Source of the DNA: Macrostomum lignano
Taxonomy: Eukaryota
DNA: 64,000 bases
Direction of reading: 5' to 3'
NCBI GenBank assembly: GCA_002269645.1
Contig: NIVC01002983.1
Location: 1-64,000 of the forward strand
Shown: one piece after another, positions 1 to 11,859 of the stretch
Position numbering within the stretch: the first letter of the stretch is position 1
How the letters are laid out: each line of letters starts with the position of its first letter
Program-made: the position numbers and the translations under genes
The notes under the pieces: model-generated
Databases searched by the model: none
What the model saw: the letters and a program-made list of their open reading frames with translations, nothing else
What the model was told of the DNA's origin: nothing

Positions 1-1003
1 GTTACTCTAGGGTACCAAAATCAATCAATCAGTAATCGACTAAGAGTATCGGAATCGGTCCGCAGATCCTATCCAATCCCTTAGGAAAAGGGAGGCCTCA
101 AATTCAATAACTCAATAAATCGACTGATCAGTAACGGCCGGCAATGACACAGCTCTCAATAATCGAATAACAAAGACTCAAATAACAAAGACTCTAACAA
201 AGGCTTACCAATTGGTGTTTGCCTCTCTCAGAGATATAGCCTTGCTTCATAGCTCTGGCTAAGCCCAAGATTTCTTAAGGCTGCTCCGAGTTTGAGGTTT
301 CAGCGATTTCATTCAACCTTGAGCTTCAAACCGGTTTTATTGATAAGAATCAAAAGATGGACTTTGTCTCTTGACCGGTGGGGTTTTACATAGAAAAGGG
401 GTGAAGCTTGGCTCGCATTTTTAAAATTGACATTTACCATATTTGGAAGGATATGTTGAAAACCGGTTTTTGGACTATGGAATGATCACTCGCTGTTTAC
501 GTGATATTGCATGTATTAGTGAAAATAGAGTATGACGCATGTTAGTTTGTTATTAGTATTCATGTTTTTATCTTACTACTTTTAGTAGCCTACTAGGCTT
601 GGAGATCTCTACATAACGAATCTTTGACAATCACCTCAGTTTTTCACGCAATCAACTGACATATACTGAGGAGAATGAGTGGGCTGGGGTTTAGAGGAGG
701 GTGACGCAAGTTTTCCAAAATGTTGCGCGAACAATACTGTGCGCACATATCTCCAGCTGAGCCCAAAATCTTATATATTTTCAGCACGTTTGAGAAAAGG
801 CCAGCGCTCTTATTGATATAACTGGCGCGAGCTAGCAAAAAACCTAGCATCTACACTTTTCCGATCGTCGTTTTTCCTGTTATTTCGATTGTCAGGGTGC
901 CGAGGGTCGTATAGAACAGGATTTTATAGCACTTTGTTTACCAGGGGTTTCAGCGGCAACCAACTGGCGCTGCTTTTTTCAAGCTTGCTCATTTCGCTTA
1001 TGT

Positions 1004-1360
1004 CAGGGGTCGGCGAACTTTTTTTACCCGAAGGGCCAGATAAAGAACCTAGAGCAGGGGTCGCCGAACTTTTTTTACCCGAAGGGCCAGATAAAGAACC
1101 TTAGAGCAGGGGTCGGCGAACTTTTTTTACCCGAAGGGCCAGATAAAGAACCTTAGAGCAGGGGTCGGCGAACTTTTTTACCCAAAGGGCCAGATAAAGA
1201 ACCTTAGAGCAGGGGTCGGCGAACTTTTTTTACCCGAAGGGCCAGATAAAGAACCTAGAGCAGGGGTCGGCGAACTTTTTTACCCAAAGGGCCAGATAAA
1301 GAACCTAGAGCAGTGGTCGGCAAACTTTTTTACCCAAAGGGCCAGATAAAGAACCTAGAG
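1004..1360 (+). repeat. Tandem array, 50-52 bp unit, 7 copies (hAT left end)
   Basis: Unit CAGGGGTCGGCGAACTTTTTTTACCCGAAGGGCCAGATAAAGAACC(T)TAGAG starts at 1004, 1055, 1107, 1159, 1210, 1261 and 1311. Confidence 0.95.
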
Positions 1361-1674
1361 CATGACTGCGGTCCAGAGGAAGGAGGTGACGAGAGGGAAT
1401 AAAAAAAAAGAAGGGGGATAGGAGAAGGGAGAGGCGAGGGAATAAAGGAGCAATGAGGAGAGAGAAGAGGAGAGATGAAATTGGTTAGGAGAGTAGAAAA
1501 AAGAAGCGAGAGGGAGAGTAGGAAAGAGTGAGGAGAGGAGAGAGGAGAAAAGAAGAGGGAGAGAAGAGCGCTGAGAAGAGACAAACATCGAGCGGGCCGG
1601 AATGCTATTGTGCAGTTTCAAAGAACGCGCGGCCGGATGAAGAGGCTTTGCGGGCCGCAGTTTGCCGACAGCTG
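1004..1674. mobile_element. Non-autonomous hAT-family MITE with tandemly amplified left end
   Basis: Left TIR CAGGGGTCGGCGAACT / CAGTGGTCGGCAAACT (1004, 1311). Right TIR AGTTTGCCGACAGCTG ends at 1674. Flanks GCTTATGT (996-1003) and GCTCATGT (1675-1682) form an 8-bp TSD with one mismatch, diagnostic of hAT. Confidence 0.8.
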
Positions 1675-2039
1675 GCTCATGTGATGGAAAATAACAGAAT
1701 AGTCAATAACCTGACTGGTGTGATGACCAATCAATTTTAAAACGACAGTCAGACTAGACGGAGAGTTGTTGAAATAGAGTGGCTTAAGTTGAATTTTGTG
1801 TGTTGCGCAAATTGGGGTGCTGTGTAAGAGGCAAGCGACCAATGTACAGCGTTTAGTTGATCAACTGGCCCTCGCGTTATTGAATTTGAAAATTTTCTAA
1901 GTTAGCTGAGATTTCAAGTGATCACAGAAAAAGTTAGAAATTCTGTGTGGTCAAACGAGTCGTGTGATTTGGTCTTTCATTTGATTGCGGTGTGAATGAG
2001 CCTTTAGCGACACGTGGAAAGGGCCGCACCGAGTTTTAA

Positions 2040-2125
2040 GACCGGTCAAGCAAGACACCTACCGCACAAAAGACGAATGGACCGCAGGCGCAGGCTGGTG
2101 GTGCACCATGACCAACTCAAGCGTC
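2040..2125 (+). mobile_element. Possible LTR-retrotransposon integrase C-terminal fragment
   Basis: Translation RRRLVVHHDQLK resembles the V-H-x-D/N-x-L-K end of Gypsy integrase GPY/F regions. Short, so weak evidence. Confidence 0.3.
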
Positions 2126-2399
2126 CGCTGTCGACATCATCAACCCCAGTGACAATGCTGCACAGCGCCTCCAAAGAGATCTGCCTACAAGTGGTGGAAG
2201 TGTCAACTTATATGGGGTTGCAAATGGATCTCAACTCCCATCTAGCTCAGTTGAGTTTGTAACTGTTTGTTGTTGTTTTTTGTCGGGCGGATTAGACTGG
2301 CTTGCCGACTCGCTCAAACGCCTCCTACTTCTGGCCGCGGCGACAGTGAACGCAACCCTGTGCCAAACTGTCCTCGTCTGCACCGGACCAATCCTATGA

Positions 2400-2565
2400 C
2401 GCGATCAGTTAAACGTAAAATCGCTAACACGCCGAGCGAGTCGGTCCCGACACTCTCCACAGAAGAGGTCAGCCAGGCCATTCGCATCTCCCACCCGTCC
2501 AAAGCCATCGGTTCTGGTGGATTTGTCCGCTGCTTCTTAAGCATGTTGGGTCCAAAGCGGTTAAG
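2400..2565 (+). mobile_element. Degenerate non-LTR retrotransposon (LINE) pre-RT fragment
   Basis: TLSTEEVSQAIRISHPSKAIGSGGF..FLSMLGP resembles the EV..AI....SKA.GPDG...L..LG motif that precedes LINE RT domains. Confidence 0.4.
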
Positions 2566-2689
2566 GACAATGGACCTTCAGACAGCCCTCACAGCAGCAT
2601 CCCGTTGCCGCAGCCATACCCTTGGATGCTTTGTAGGCGATGGTGTGCTGGTGGCATTCGCTCCAATGTCACTCGACATGTTGACTTGA

Positions 2690-4830
2690 GTATTTTGAAT
2701 CAGCGAAACAGGCCTAAAATTAGTCGACGGGGACACTGTAACAGCCGATGTACTTTTAACGGCTGGTGTACTTTTAAAAACCAGCGCTGACTCTGCTGTT
2801 GTTATTAATGTTGCTAAGATTGGCGGAGACGGCGGCCCCTTCACTCAATCGGATTCGGTCCTTCGATATGAGGCCCTGCTGAATCGCGGCTGCATTCTTG
2901 GGTGGGATGAACTTTAAACCGGCTGGCAGGCTGGCGAACTCCCGGTTAGCCGGCAGTAGGAACAGGCGCTCAGGCAGCTGAGGCTCAACAGGATAGTTGG
3001 AGATGAGAAGTTTGCACTTTTAGTCACTATGAGACCAAGCGTCAGGTCGCAGACTGCGTGCAACTTTTTATTTACCAACTCGTCGTCTGGGCGTTGAGCA
3101 TCGTGAGCGAGTCGCATGGACTTCAGCATTCGGAGTAGAAAGCCGAAGTTCTCGCTTTTGGCCATCAGCGGTTTCAGTAGGAAGCAGAGGCCGCTCTTTA
3201 GTCTGCGGTGTGAGATAGAGGGGAGGCAGATTTGAGATGGAGGGGAGGCAGAGGTGAGATGGAGGGGAGGCAGAGGTGAGATGGAGTGGAGGCAGAGGTG
3301 AGATGGAGGGGAGGCAGAGGTGAGATGGAGGGGAGGCAGAGGTGAGATGGAGGGGAGGCAGAGGTGAGATGGAGGGGAGGCAGGAGTGAGATAGAGGGGA
3401 GACAAGTGAGATGGAGGGGAGGCAGAGGTGAGATGGAGGGGAGGCAGATGTGAGATGGAGGGGAGACAGGGTGAGATGCAGGGGAGGCAGACATGAGATG
3501 GAGAGGAGACAAGGGATGAGATTGATGGGAGACAGGAGTGAGATAGAGGGAAGACAGGGGTGAGATAGAGGGGAGACAGGGGTGAGATAGAGGGGAGACA
3601 GGAGTGAGATATAGGAGAGACAGGGGTGAGATAGAGGGGAGACAGGAGTGAGATAGAGGGGAGACAAGAGTGAGATAGAGGGAAAACAGGAGTGAGATAG
3701 AGGGGATAAAAGGGCGAGACAGCAGAGAAAAGATGGTTTAGATAGTGAACTCACCTAGCCAATTGTTTGGCATCATTTGGCGACTCGAACTTGGGATCAT
3801 TGGCCAGCAGGTGCACAGCAAAGGGCAGAGTGTACTCTGGCAGCACGGCAAAAAATGTAACCGGATCGTTGGCAATGACGGCCTGCTTGCTGGCCAGGTA
3901 TTCCCTGCGGGGGGCCACGCAGCGGCTGTAGCAGGTGCGCACAGTCTGCTGCAGCTCCATGTCCTCCTCGGCGGCCTCGGGCACGTAGGTAGAGGCTTCG
4001 CTATGTCTGACAGAGCTGGTATAAAGCGACTGACAAAAGCCACAAGGCCGATAAAGGACCTCACTTCGAAAGCGTTCTTTGGTGCTCAGAATGATTTCAT
4101 AGCGCTCGCCTTCTCGTCTGTCGGTTGGATGCCCTTCTCGGACAGGCGCATAGCAAAAAACTTGACTTTCTTGAAGGCGAACTTGCACTTTGCAGGATTT
4201 AAGGTGATTTTTCGTTCTTCTAGCCTTTGCAAGGTTGCCGCTAGCCGCTGGTTGTGCTCATTGATGGAGCTTGCATAGATTATTACGAGTATGTCGTCAT
4301 GTACCCAGCGGACTCCTGGAAGCCTGCCGAGCATGCTGGTCATGGCTCGTTGTAGAATCTCCGACGCTGACGTAAAGCCCATGCACAGGCGCATCAGTCT
4401 CATGTCAGCATGTACGTGATGCGAGCCGTCTCGGACGCGGATCTGGTGGAACGTCTTGTTTATGTCCGACTCGGTGAAGTAGCGCGCACCGGCCATTTCG
4501 TCAGTGTCCTCTTTAAAAGTTGGTATGGGCTGTTTCTCGGGCACTACGAACTTGTTCACATCTCGCAGATCCTGAGTAATGCGCACTTGGCCTGGCTGCG
4601 ACTTTAGGACCACAACTATTCGTGCCTCGGTCCGGTCACTTTCTAGATACTGGGTTCACTGGAGCCGAACGGGAAGACCCGCTGCTTTGACTCACGAAGG
4701 TTGTCTGCTGTGCCTCCGATGGCCTTGAATGTTTTTGAGCCCATTAGGTTGCAGCTGGTGTCGCTGTCGATTAGCAGGTCTGTGTGGTATGGCCGTTGAT
4801 GTCCGCTCTAACGCGTGCAAGCTGATTGGC
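2690..4830 (-). mobile_element. Degenerate Ty3/Gypsy LTR-retrotransposon pol remnant (frameshifted, partly deleted)
   Basis: Minus strand carries a protease-like LLIDSDTSCNLM (~4740-4780). RT follows as VRITQDLRDVN...DINKTFHQI...MGFTSASEILQR...WVHDDIL...LNPAKCKF (4086-4613), with frameshifted FIGLVAFVSRFIPALSDIAKPL, then integrase-end/Pro-Ser-rich sequence at 2690-3200. Protease-RT-integrase order fits Gypsy. No LTR pair found. Confidence 0.85.
3209..3715 (+). repeat. 22-bp purine-rich minisatellite (~23 copies) inside the Gypsy remnant
   Basis: Unit GGTGAGATGGAGGGGAGGCAGA drifts to GGTGAGATAGAGGGGAGACAG(G). 22-nt period checked at 3251/3273. Confidence 0.95.
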
Positions 4831-5353
4831 TGCAGGGTGACGGGGGAGGCATTGTACAAGTGAGGGTCAGAGAGTTGAACTGTGTACAGTCCCCTAGACT
4901 TTGTCCGCCTCTTTGTTCAGTTAATTTTTAAAGCGGAATGGGTTAAGACAGAATATTAGATGGTGAGCAGTGGGAGAACAGGCTGACGATACCCAAGGGC
5001 AGCGCAATAGAGGAAAAATAACTTAACAGACGCGGCCGACGGGCAGGGCTGCTTGGCGCGATGCTCATCGGATGGTCACGGAGGCGGCTGCAGTCACGGG
5101 CGATCAAATTCTCGGATTTGGGTGGGTGTTAGGGGAAGTCGCTAACGATGGGTAAGGAAAGGACAGTTAGTGGGTGTTTATTGAGAGAGCCTAATGATCT
5201 CTCTGATGATCAATCAAAGTATATTTACTTAATTGTTTGACTTTGTTTGACAAATCAATATGCACGATTGACTTGATCCAGAGAAAAAGGTGGAAAAAGT
5301 TGCCGATTCGGGTGCTGAGTTTCTCGGGGAAGGTTCGGTCTCGCGAGAAAACA

Positions 5354-5354
5354 G

Positions 5355-5425
<71 letters not shown>
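5354..5425 (+). repeat. (AAC)n microsatellite, ~24 units
   Basis: Perfect AAC run. Confidence 0.98.
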
Positions 5426-5579
5426 AGAACTCCTCCCACCCACAACACAGGGGCCAAAATGGGGGGGGAGGAGTTAGATGGCACGCCGATAGGACAGGTC
5501 CCTCAAAAAGTCACACCCGCCAGACTGCTCAGAGGCGCTATAGCGTCCTTTTACAGTCTGTCAATGTAGCAAGCCGGTT

Positions 5580-5870
5580 TGCCCTTGGCCTCGCCTGTGC
5601 GGTCACTGCAGCTGAAGCAGCAGCGCACATGTCATGCAGCGGCTCCCGCGGCAGCGAGCTTCCGACCGGATGACGTGGCCAGCCATTCGAAGTCACCGCT
5701 CGCGCAGCAGGTCAGGAGGCCGCGTCATGCTTGCCCTGTCGTAAAGCGCGGAGTTCGTCTTGGTGTCCAGGCCGCTGCAAACTACAGAAGCAGTACGCAC
5801 TATGGCCGCAGCGCAGCGTCCAGCTGCCTCTCCAGGGCGTCCGTTCGTATCTGAAGATTTCACCCTAGCC
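5580..5870 (-). mobile_element. RTE-like LINE 3' fragment
   Basis: Minus translation TNSALYDRASMTRPPDLLRER*LRMAGHVIRSE matches the RTE C-terminal N..LY.R......L+..RRLR.AGHV.R motif. The stop is CGA>TGA. Confidence 0.75.
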
Positions 5871-6203
5871 AGAAGATGGGTAGGAAATTATATGAAATGC
5901 CCAGGCGCAGTGGAGGGTGAGGCAGAAAAGCACAATGGACACCCAGACAGCTATTAGAAAGGCAAAAAGAAGCAGCATTAAAATCACTCGATCAACTGTT
6001 AAGTCAAATATGAATGAGCGAATCCAATAAAATTGCCACTTTCTATTCCAGTGAGCATACAGCGACACGACACCCCGCCGCGGGCACAATGGCGCTCAAA
6101 CTGGCCGAGACAAGTGAACCGAGGAGATCGAGGCCCAAGTCAAACAGGCACGAAGTTAAAAAAGATCGGCACGCGACACGAATCTGGGCGAACTCTGAGA
6201 GGG

Positions 6204-6614
6204 CAGGGGCGTCGCCAACGGGCGGACAGGGGGAACCATGTTCCCCCCCCCCCCAGTAAAAGATTTAAAAGATCTGGTGGGGGCATGCCAATGCTTTGTC
6301 CCCCCAACCCACCATGTGACCCGTTATGGAAATCAATAATTTTGCGGCAGGGTGACAAAATACTAAGCGCCTGCGGCGCTAATGAGTGCCGGTGGCGCTA
6401 AAATGAGTGCCGGTGGCGCTAAAATGAGTGCCGGTGGCGCTAAAATGAGTCCCTGCGGCGCTAAAATGAGTGCCTGCGGCGCCAAAACGAGTGCTGACAA
6501 CACTGATTCTGAAAATAATGTACATGTAGGAATTTAGTCGTGTTACATGTGACACATGTAGAATTCTTGGCTTTGTCCCCACTCCACCAAAAAAATCCAA
6601 TGGCGACGCCGCTG
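6204..6614. mobile_element. hAT-like MITE with an internal 21-bp tandem repeat
   Basis: 14-bp TIRs CAGGGGCGTCGCCA (6204) and TGGCGACGCCGCTG (6601-6614), one mismatch. Flanks TGAGAGGG and TTTGAGGG match at 6/8 positions (eroded 8-bp TSD). Confidence 0.65.
6367..6494 (+). repeat. 21-bp tandem repeat, ~5.5 copies
   Basis: Unit GCGCTAAAATGAGTGCCGGTG. Confidence 0.9.
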
Positions 6615-9288
6615 TTTGAGGGAGAATCAGACGGTCCGTCCACGGACTCCTTCCGATTTAACCTGGAGCAGCCCAAGAATGCGAGATAAACCTCAAGAAG
6701 CTTGACAACCGATTGAGAGAGCAGACTGTGTAATCAACCATGGCCAGAGTGAAGAGATGTGTACAGTATTTAGAAGTTAAACAAAAAATTTAATAATAAT
6801 TTTCGACTTACTTGTTTATGTATACGCTTCAATAATTTCAATAAATTGAATTACTTCAGTAAATTGAATCTCTCATTAATACTAAAAAATATTGAAACCA
6901 AATTATCAATTTTGTCAACAGCTTTGGCCGAATGCGAATTTCGATGTAGGTACAATTTGGTGGCATTCAAATCAAACAATTATGGTATAGTGAAGTGACA
7001 GTACATTATTATAATATTTTTCTTAAGAGTATTAAAGAAGCACTGTAATATACGAATGACATAATGATGTCGATGACGCCACAACCACACAAATAAAATA
7101 TGCATGTAAAATAAAGTAAATATAAGTAAATAGATTTTTAATTAACATCTATGGATCAATGAATGGTAGAATTAAATTTAGATTGGATCCTAAATCCCAC
7201 CCAACACTGGAATCTCAATCCTATCCAATCCCTAAAATTTTGATCCTGCCAACCTCTAACTAGGTATGAGTAGGCCTAGGACTAGACTAGGACTAGACAG
7301 AGTAGGCCTAGCTATGCTAGCAAATGCAAGCAAATAGCAATGTTAGCAAGTAGCTAACAATGATAGTTATTTTTTGCTTTTCAAGGAATAAGCCTAGCTA
7401 GTATTAACTATGAACTGTAATAAATATCTTAGGCCTAATACTGTACAAAATGCTTAATAAGATTTTTTTATAATACTTTTTTGTTTTTGGCTCAAAATAT
7501 TTATTGTTTCTTTTTATTTCTTTGTCTATGACTGACATGTTATGATTTTGTTTTTTATAGGCGTAGGCCCTAAACTATTATATTAAATATTTGCTTTTCT
7601 TTTTGTTTCTAGTTTTTATTTGCTTTTTTATTTTTCATTTTTTTTCAATTTTTGACCTGTCCTAGTGTAGGCCTACCACAAATATAATTTTTACTTTGTG
7701 CTTAATTGATCAAAATTGCAATATACTTTGGCTACCCAATCATGTGACATGTTATCTAACCTAGCTAGACCATAAATTGGCTTGGTTAGCTATATATATA
7801 CCCTGTATTATATATACATAGTCTAAGAAACTAATGTTTATTATATATAACAGGCAACAGCATAGCCATACCCATAGGCCTAGGCCTATGCTCTTTCTAA
7901 TGAAACCAAAAGGGCAGTGCAGAGCACTAAACTAGGCCTAAATGTTTAGTTTATTATTCATTTTTAGTAATATGCCTAGTACATAGCCTATAATATAAAA
8001 AATTAAATATTTTTAGTTGGACACTAAATTAATTTCTTAAAAACTAGATATAAGTTTAAGGCTTTAACTTAAGCCCTAGGCTAAAACAAAGCAAAAATGC
8101 TATTTTTAATTTTAGTAAAAACGCTGCTAATCATTAGACTTAAAGCCTAGTCATTTATTAAATAATAACAATACAAAACTATTTAGAAACAAACATATCA
8201 ATATTGGGTCATTCCACAATAGAGCCCATATTTTGAACTTTAAACATTTAAAACTTTAGTACAGATTGCTTTTTGCAGCTTTGTCCTATCTATTATGGTT
8301 TAAAAGTTACAAGTGCTTAATGTTCAAAAACATGATAGGATCCTCTTATGGAATGACTATATATATAAGCTATAAAAAGAATTAATTTAATTTATTTAAT
8401 AAAAGATTCTTTAAGTTTAATTTAAAATATATTATTATTTTTGCAAATATTGAATATTCATAAGTTATATATTAAACTATAAATTAAACAAACTTATTAA
8501 ATATTAAATTTAATAAATTAAATAAACTAGGCCCATAAATTAAACTTATATAGTCATTCCATAATAGGGTCCTATCATGTTATATTTGGTATATTAGGTA
8601 TATTATAGGTATATTAGGTAAAAGTCTTACAAAAATAGAATGAATATTAAACAAACTGTTAGATCTTTGTTAAGATCTTATAATAGTTATCTTGGAAGTT
8701 CTTAACACTTTATGTTATTTATATTACATATTTACATATTTATTTTTATATTTTTATATTTAATATTCAATGAATAATATGAATTACTAAATTCATATTT
8801 CACATTAATTAATAATAATAAATATAAATATTTATATTTATATTAGAATAGAATTAGAATAGAATATTCATATTTATTATTATTATTTATATAAGCTATA
8901 CTTTATATAAATACCTAATATTTTAAGATTAATAGTTACATATTTCCTAATTAATTATTATTTCAAAATTTCTAAAAGACTGTTTATAACTATAAAGGCT
9001 TGTAATAAACTTTTGTTTTAATTTTACATCCTTAAACATATCTAATTATTGTATGAAATGTATATAGCTTTTGTTTAAGCCTAATAGTTTGTTCTTTGAG
9101 TTTAATGACTAAATTAGCTCATATTTTATTTCTTTCTTTAATGACTAAATTTAAATATAAAAATACAGTAACCTTTGTTATACCATATTGAGCTTTTTAT
9201 TTTATTAGAGTAGCTAACTAAGCTAAATTTTAATAGAAAATTTTTCAAATTCTATCTATTTTTTTTGTAGAATAACCCAATGTTCTTA

Positions 9289-9871
9289 AGTTGCTCAGAT
9301 GCCAATGAGGGAGTTGCTGAGATGCCAATGGTGGAGTTGCTGAGATGCCAATGGTGGAGTTGCTCAGATGCCAATGGAGTTGCTCAGATGCCAATGGTGG
9401 AGTTGCTGAGATGCCAATGGTGGAGTTGCTGAGATGCCAATGGTGGTGGAGTTGCTGAGATGCCAATGGTGGAGTTGCTGAGATGCCAATGGTGGAGTTG
9501 CTCAGATGCCAATGGTGGAGTTGCTGAGATGCCAATGGTGGAGTTGCTCAGATGCCAATGAGGGAGTTGCTGAGATGCCAATGGTGGAGTTGCTGAGATG
9601 CCAATGGTAGAGTTGCTCAGATGCCAATGAGGGAGTTGCTGAGATGCCAATGGTGGAGTTGCTGAGATGCCAATGGTGGTGGAGTTGCTGAGATGCCAAT
9701 GGTGGAGTTGCTCAGATGCCAATGGTGGAGTTGCTGAGATGCCAATGGTGGAGTTGCTCAGATGCCAATGAGGGAGTTGCTCAGATGCCAATGGTGGAGT
9801 TGCTGAGATGCCAATGGTGGAGTTGCTCAGATGCCAATGGTGGAGTTGCTCAGATGCCAAGAAAAGTTGCT
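9289..9871 (+). repeat. 23-bp minisatellite, ~25 copies
   Basis: Unit GAGTTGCT(G/C)AGATGCCAATGGTG. Confidence 0.95.
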
Positions 9872-10285
9872 AACCCTCCCCCCCCCCAATCTTCACTGGC
9901 TATGCAATTTACTTTGGACCAAAATGCGACTTACTTATGAAACCAAGCAAAGTTATTGTAATTATGGGTAAACGGCAGAAGTAAATATGACTGTAATATC
10001 GAGGCTAAATGCCTCGTCATCTAATTAGTACTACATATAAGTACTACTATTTGGGTAGGCATTTTTGCGACTTACCTTGACTGGACCCCTCCTTGGCATG
10101 GTGTGGCGCAAGTATGTTTGCTAAGATGTCAAGATTGTATTGCTTTTTTCTGCCTTCATACTTTATCAATTCTATTAAGAAACAAAAACCTTAAGACTAC
10201 TGACTACAGTACTCAGTTGGGGGAGGGGGAGCTAAGCTTGTTACTCCTATGCAATTATTTAATTGTTTCAGCCGGCCACCGTGCA

Positions 10286-10746
10286 ATGGGCCTCAGCTCC
10301 AGCAGACTACCGGCTGATGCGCATCCCGCTGCGGCCGCCGATTATCCTTCTGATGCCGCCGTCGGCGGGCCTTCAACTTCCAGCGGCGCTTCTGTCGCTG
10401 CAGCGGCGTCAACGGCAGCGGTGGCCGCCCGTCGCCCTCTGCCGCCCCGACCTCGGGTTCATTCGCATCTGCAGGCCTCATCCTCTTCCTCATCATCAAC
10501 TGGCGCTGCCGCCGCCGCCGCTGCTGCCGCCATCCTTTACGGCCCGCCGCCGACTTCATCAGCTGGCGCTGGCAGCAGCGGTCGCAATCGGAGCCGATCG
10601 CTCGACATCTTCGGTCCGCATCTGCCAGCTGGGGCCGGCGGCGGCGCTTCTGCTGACTACGATCACCAAGACGACGGGGATGAGTTCGATGATGATGAGG
10701 ATGGAGAGGCTGAGGCTGACGCAGAGACTGGCCAGCAGCAGCGAAG
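10286..10746 (+). CDS. ZNRF1/2: ZNRF1/2-like E3 ubiquitin ligase, coding exon 1
   Basis: Acceptor TTTCAG ends at 10271. ATG 10286 starts MGLSSSR (MGxxxS myristoylation motif, as in ZNRF proteins). Donor AG|GTATTG at 10747, phase 2, matches exon 2. Confidence 0.8.
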
Positions 10747-10780
10747 GTATTGTTAGTGTTTTCTGTTGGCATAGGTACTC

Positions 10781-10908
10781 TGTCTGTGTGTCTGTCTGTC
10801 TGTCTGTCTGTGTGTCTGTCTGTGTGTCTGTCTGTCTGTCTGTCTGTCGGTCTGTCTGTCGGTCTGTCTGTCTGTCTTGGTGTCTGTCTGTGTGTCTGTC
10901 TGTCTGTG

Positions 10909-10963
<55 letters not shown>

Positions 10964-11108
10964 GTGTCTGTCTGTGTGTCTGTCTGTCTGTCTGTCTGTG
11001 TGTCTGTCTGTGTGTCTGTCTGTCTGTCTGTCTGTCGGTCTGTCTGTCGGTCTGTCTGTCTGTCTTGGTGTCTGTCTGTGTGTCTGTCTGTGTGTCTGTC
11101 TGTCTGTG

Positions 11109-11163
<55 letters not shown>

Positions 11164-11200
11164 GTGTCTGTCTGTGTGTCTGTCTGTCTGTCTGTCTGTG

Positions 11201-11253
<53 letters not shown>

Positions 11254-11266
11254 GTCTGTCTGTCTT
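10781..11266 (+). repeat. (TCTG)n/(TG) compound microsatellite in ZNRF intron 1
   Basis: TCTG runs with TGTG interruptions. Source of the spurious VCLS/TDRQ ORFs. Confidence 0.98.
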
Positions 11267-11360
11267 AGTGTGTCTGTATATTGATAGTTGCTTGAAATGT
11301 GTGCAGTTGCAAAAAGAATCTCAAACAAGTATCTTGAATTGGTAACTCGCTGCTCAACAG

Positions 11361-11705
11361 GTACCAACGTCGACATCATCGTCGGCTTGGTAGGGCGCTG
11401 CCGCCGCCTCCGCCGCCACCGCCACGGCACTCGCGGACACAGCAGCAGCGCGCTTTGATGCTGCGTCACCTTGGCCTGCCAACCAGTTTCTATCGCGCCG
11501 ACATTCGCTGCCCTGTGTGCGGCAAAACTGTGCCCTCAGACGATACAGAGTTCCACCTGGTGATGTGCCTGACTAAGCCCAAAATAGACTATAACGAAGA
11601 CGTCCTGTCTGAGGATAAGGAGGCCGAGTGCGCCATCTGTTTAGACGATTTATCCCAAGGCGACACTATTGCTAGATTGCCCTGTCTGTGCATCTATCAC
11701 AAGGG
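11361..11705 (+). CDS. ZNRF1/2: ZNRF1/2-like, coding exon 2 (UBZ zinc finger and most of the RING-H2)
   Basis: Acceptor CAACAG at 11360. Encodes RCPVCGKTVPSDDTEFHLVMCLTKPKIDYNEDVL...ECAICLDDLSQGDTIARLPCLCIYHKG, closely matching the ZNRF signature. Donor GG|GTGAG at 11706. Confidence 0.95.
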
Positions 11706-11859
11706 GTGAGGCTGAGTTTCCATTATCGGATTAATAATGGGCTTGCCAGCTTTTAATCCATATGAATTCTAGGATTTGGAATATATGGATTAAAGGCTAC
11801 TAGTTGTTGGGGATTAAAAGATCAAATATTGGGAATCGGGGTAATTTAGAGAGATTAGG

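Noticed and set aside
10263-11469. Long VCLS/TDRQ/YLSI ORFs here and at 22056, 45116 and 51671
   Set aside because: Translations of tetranucleotide microsatellites.
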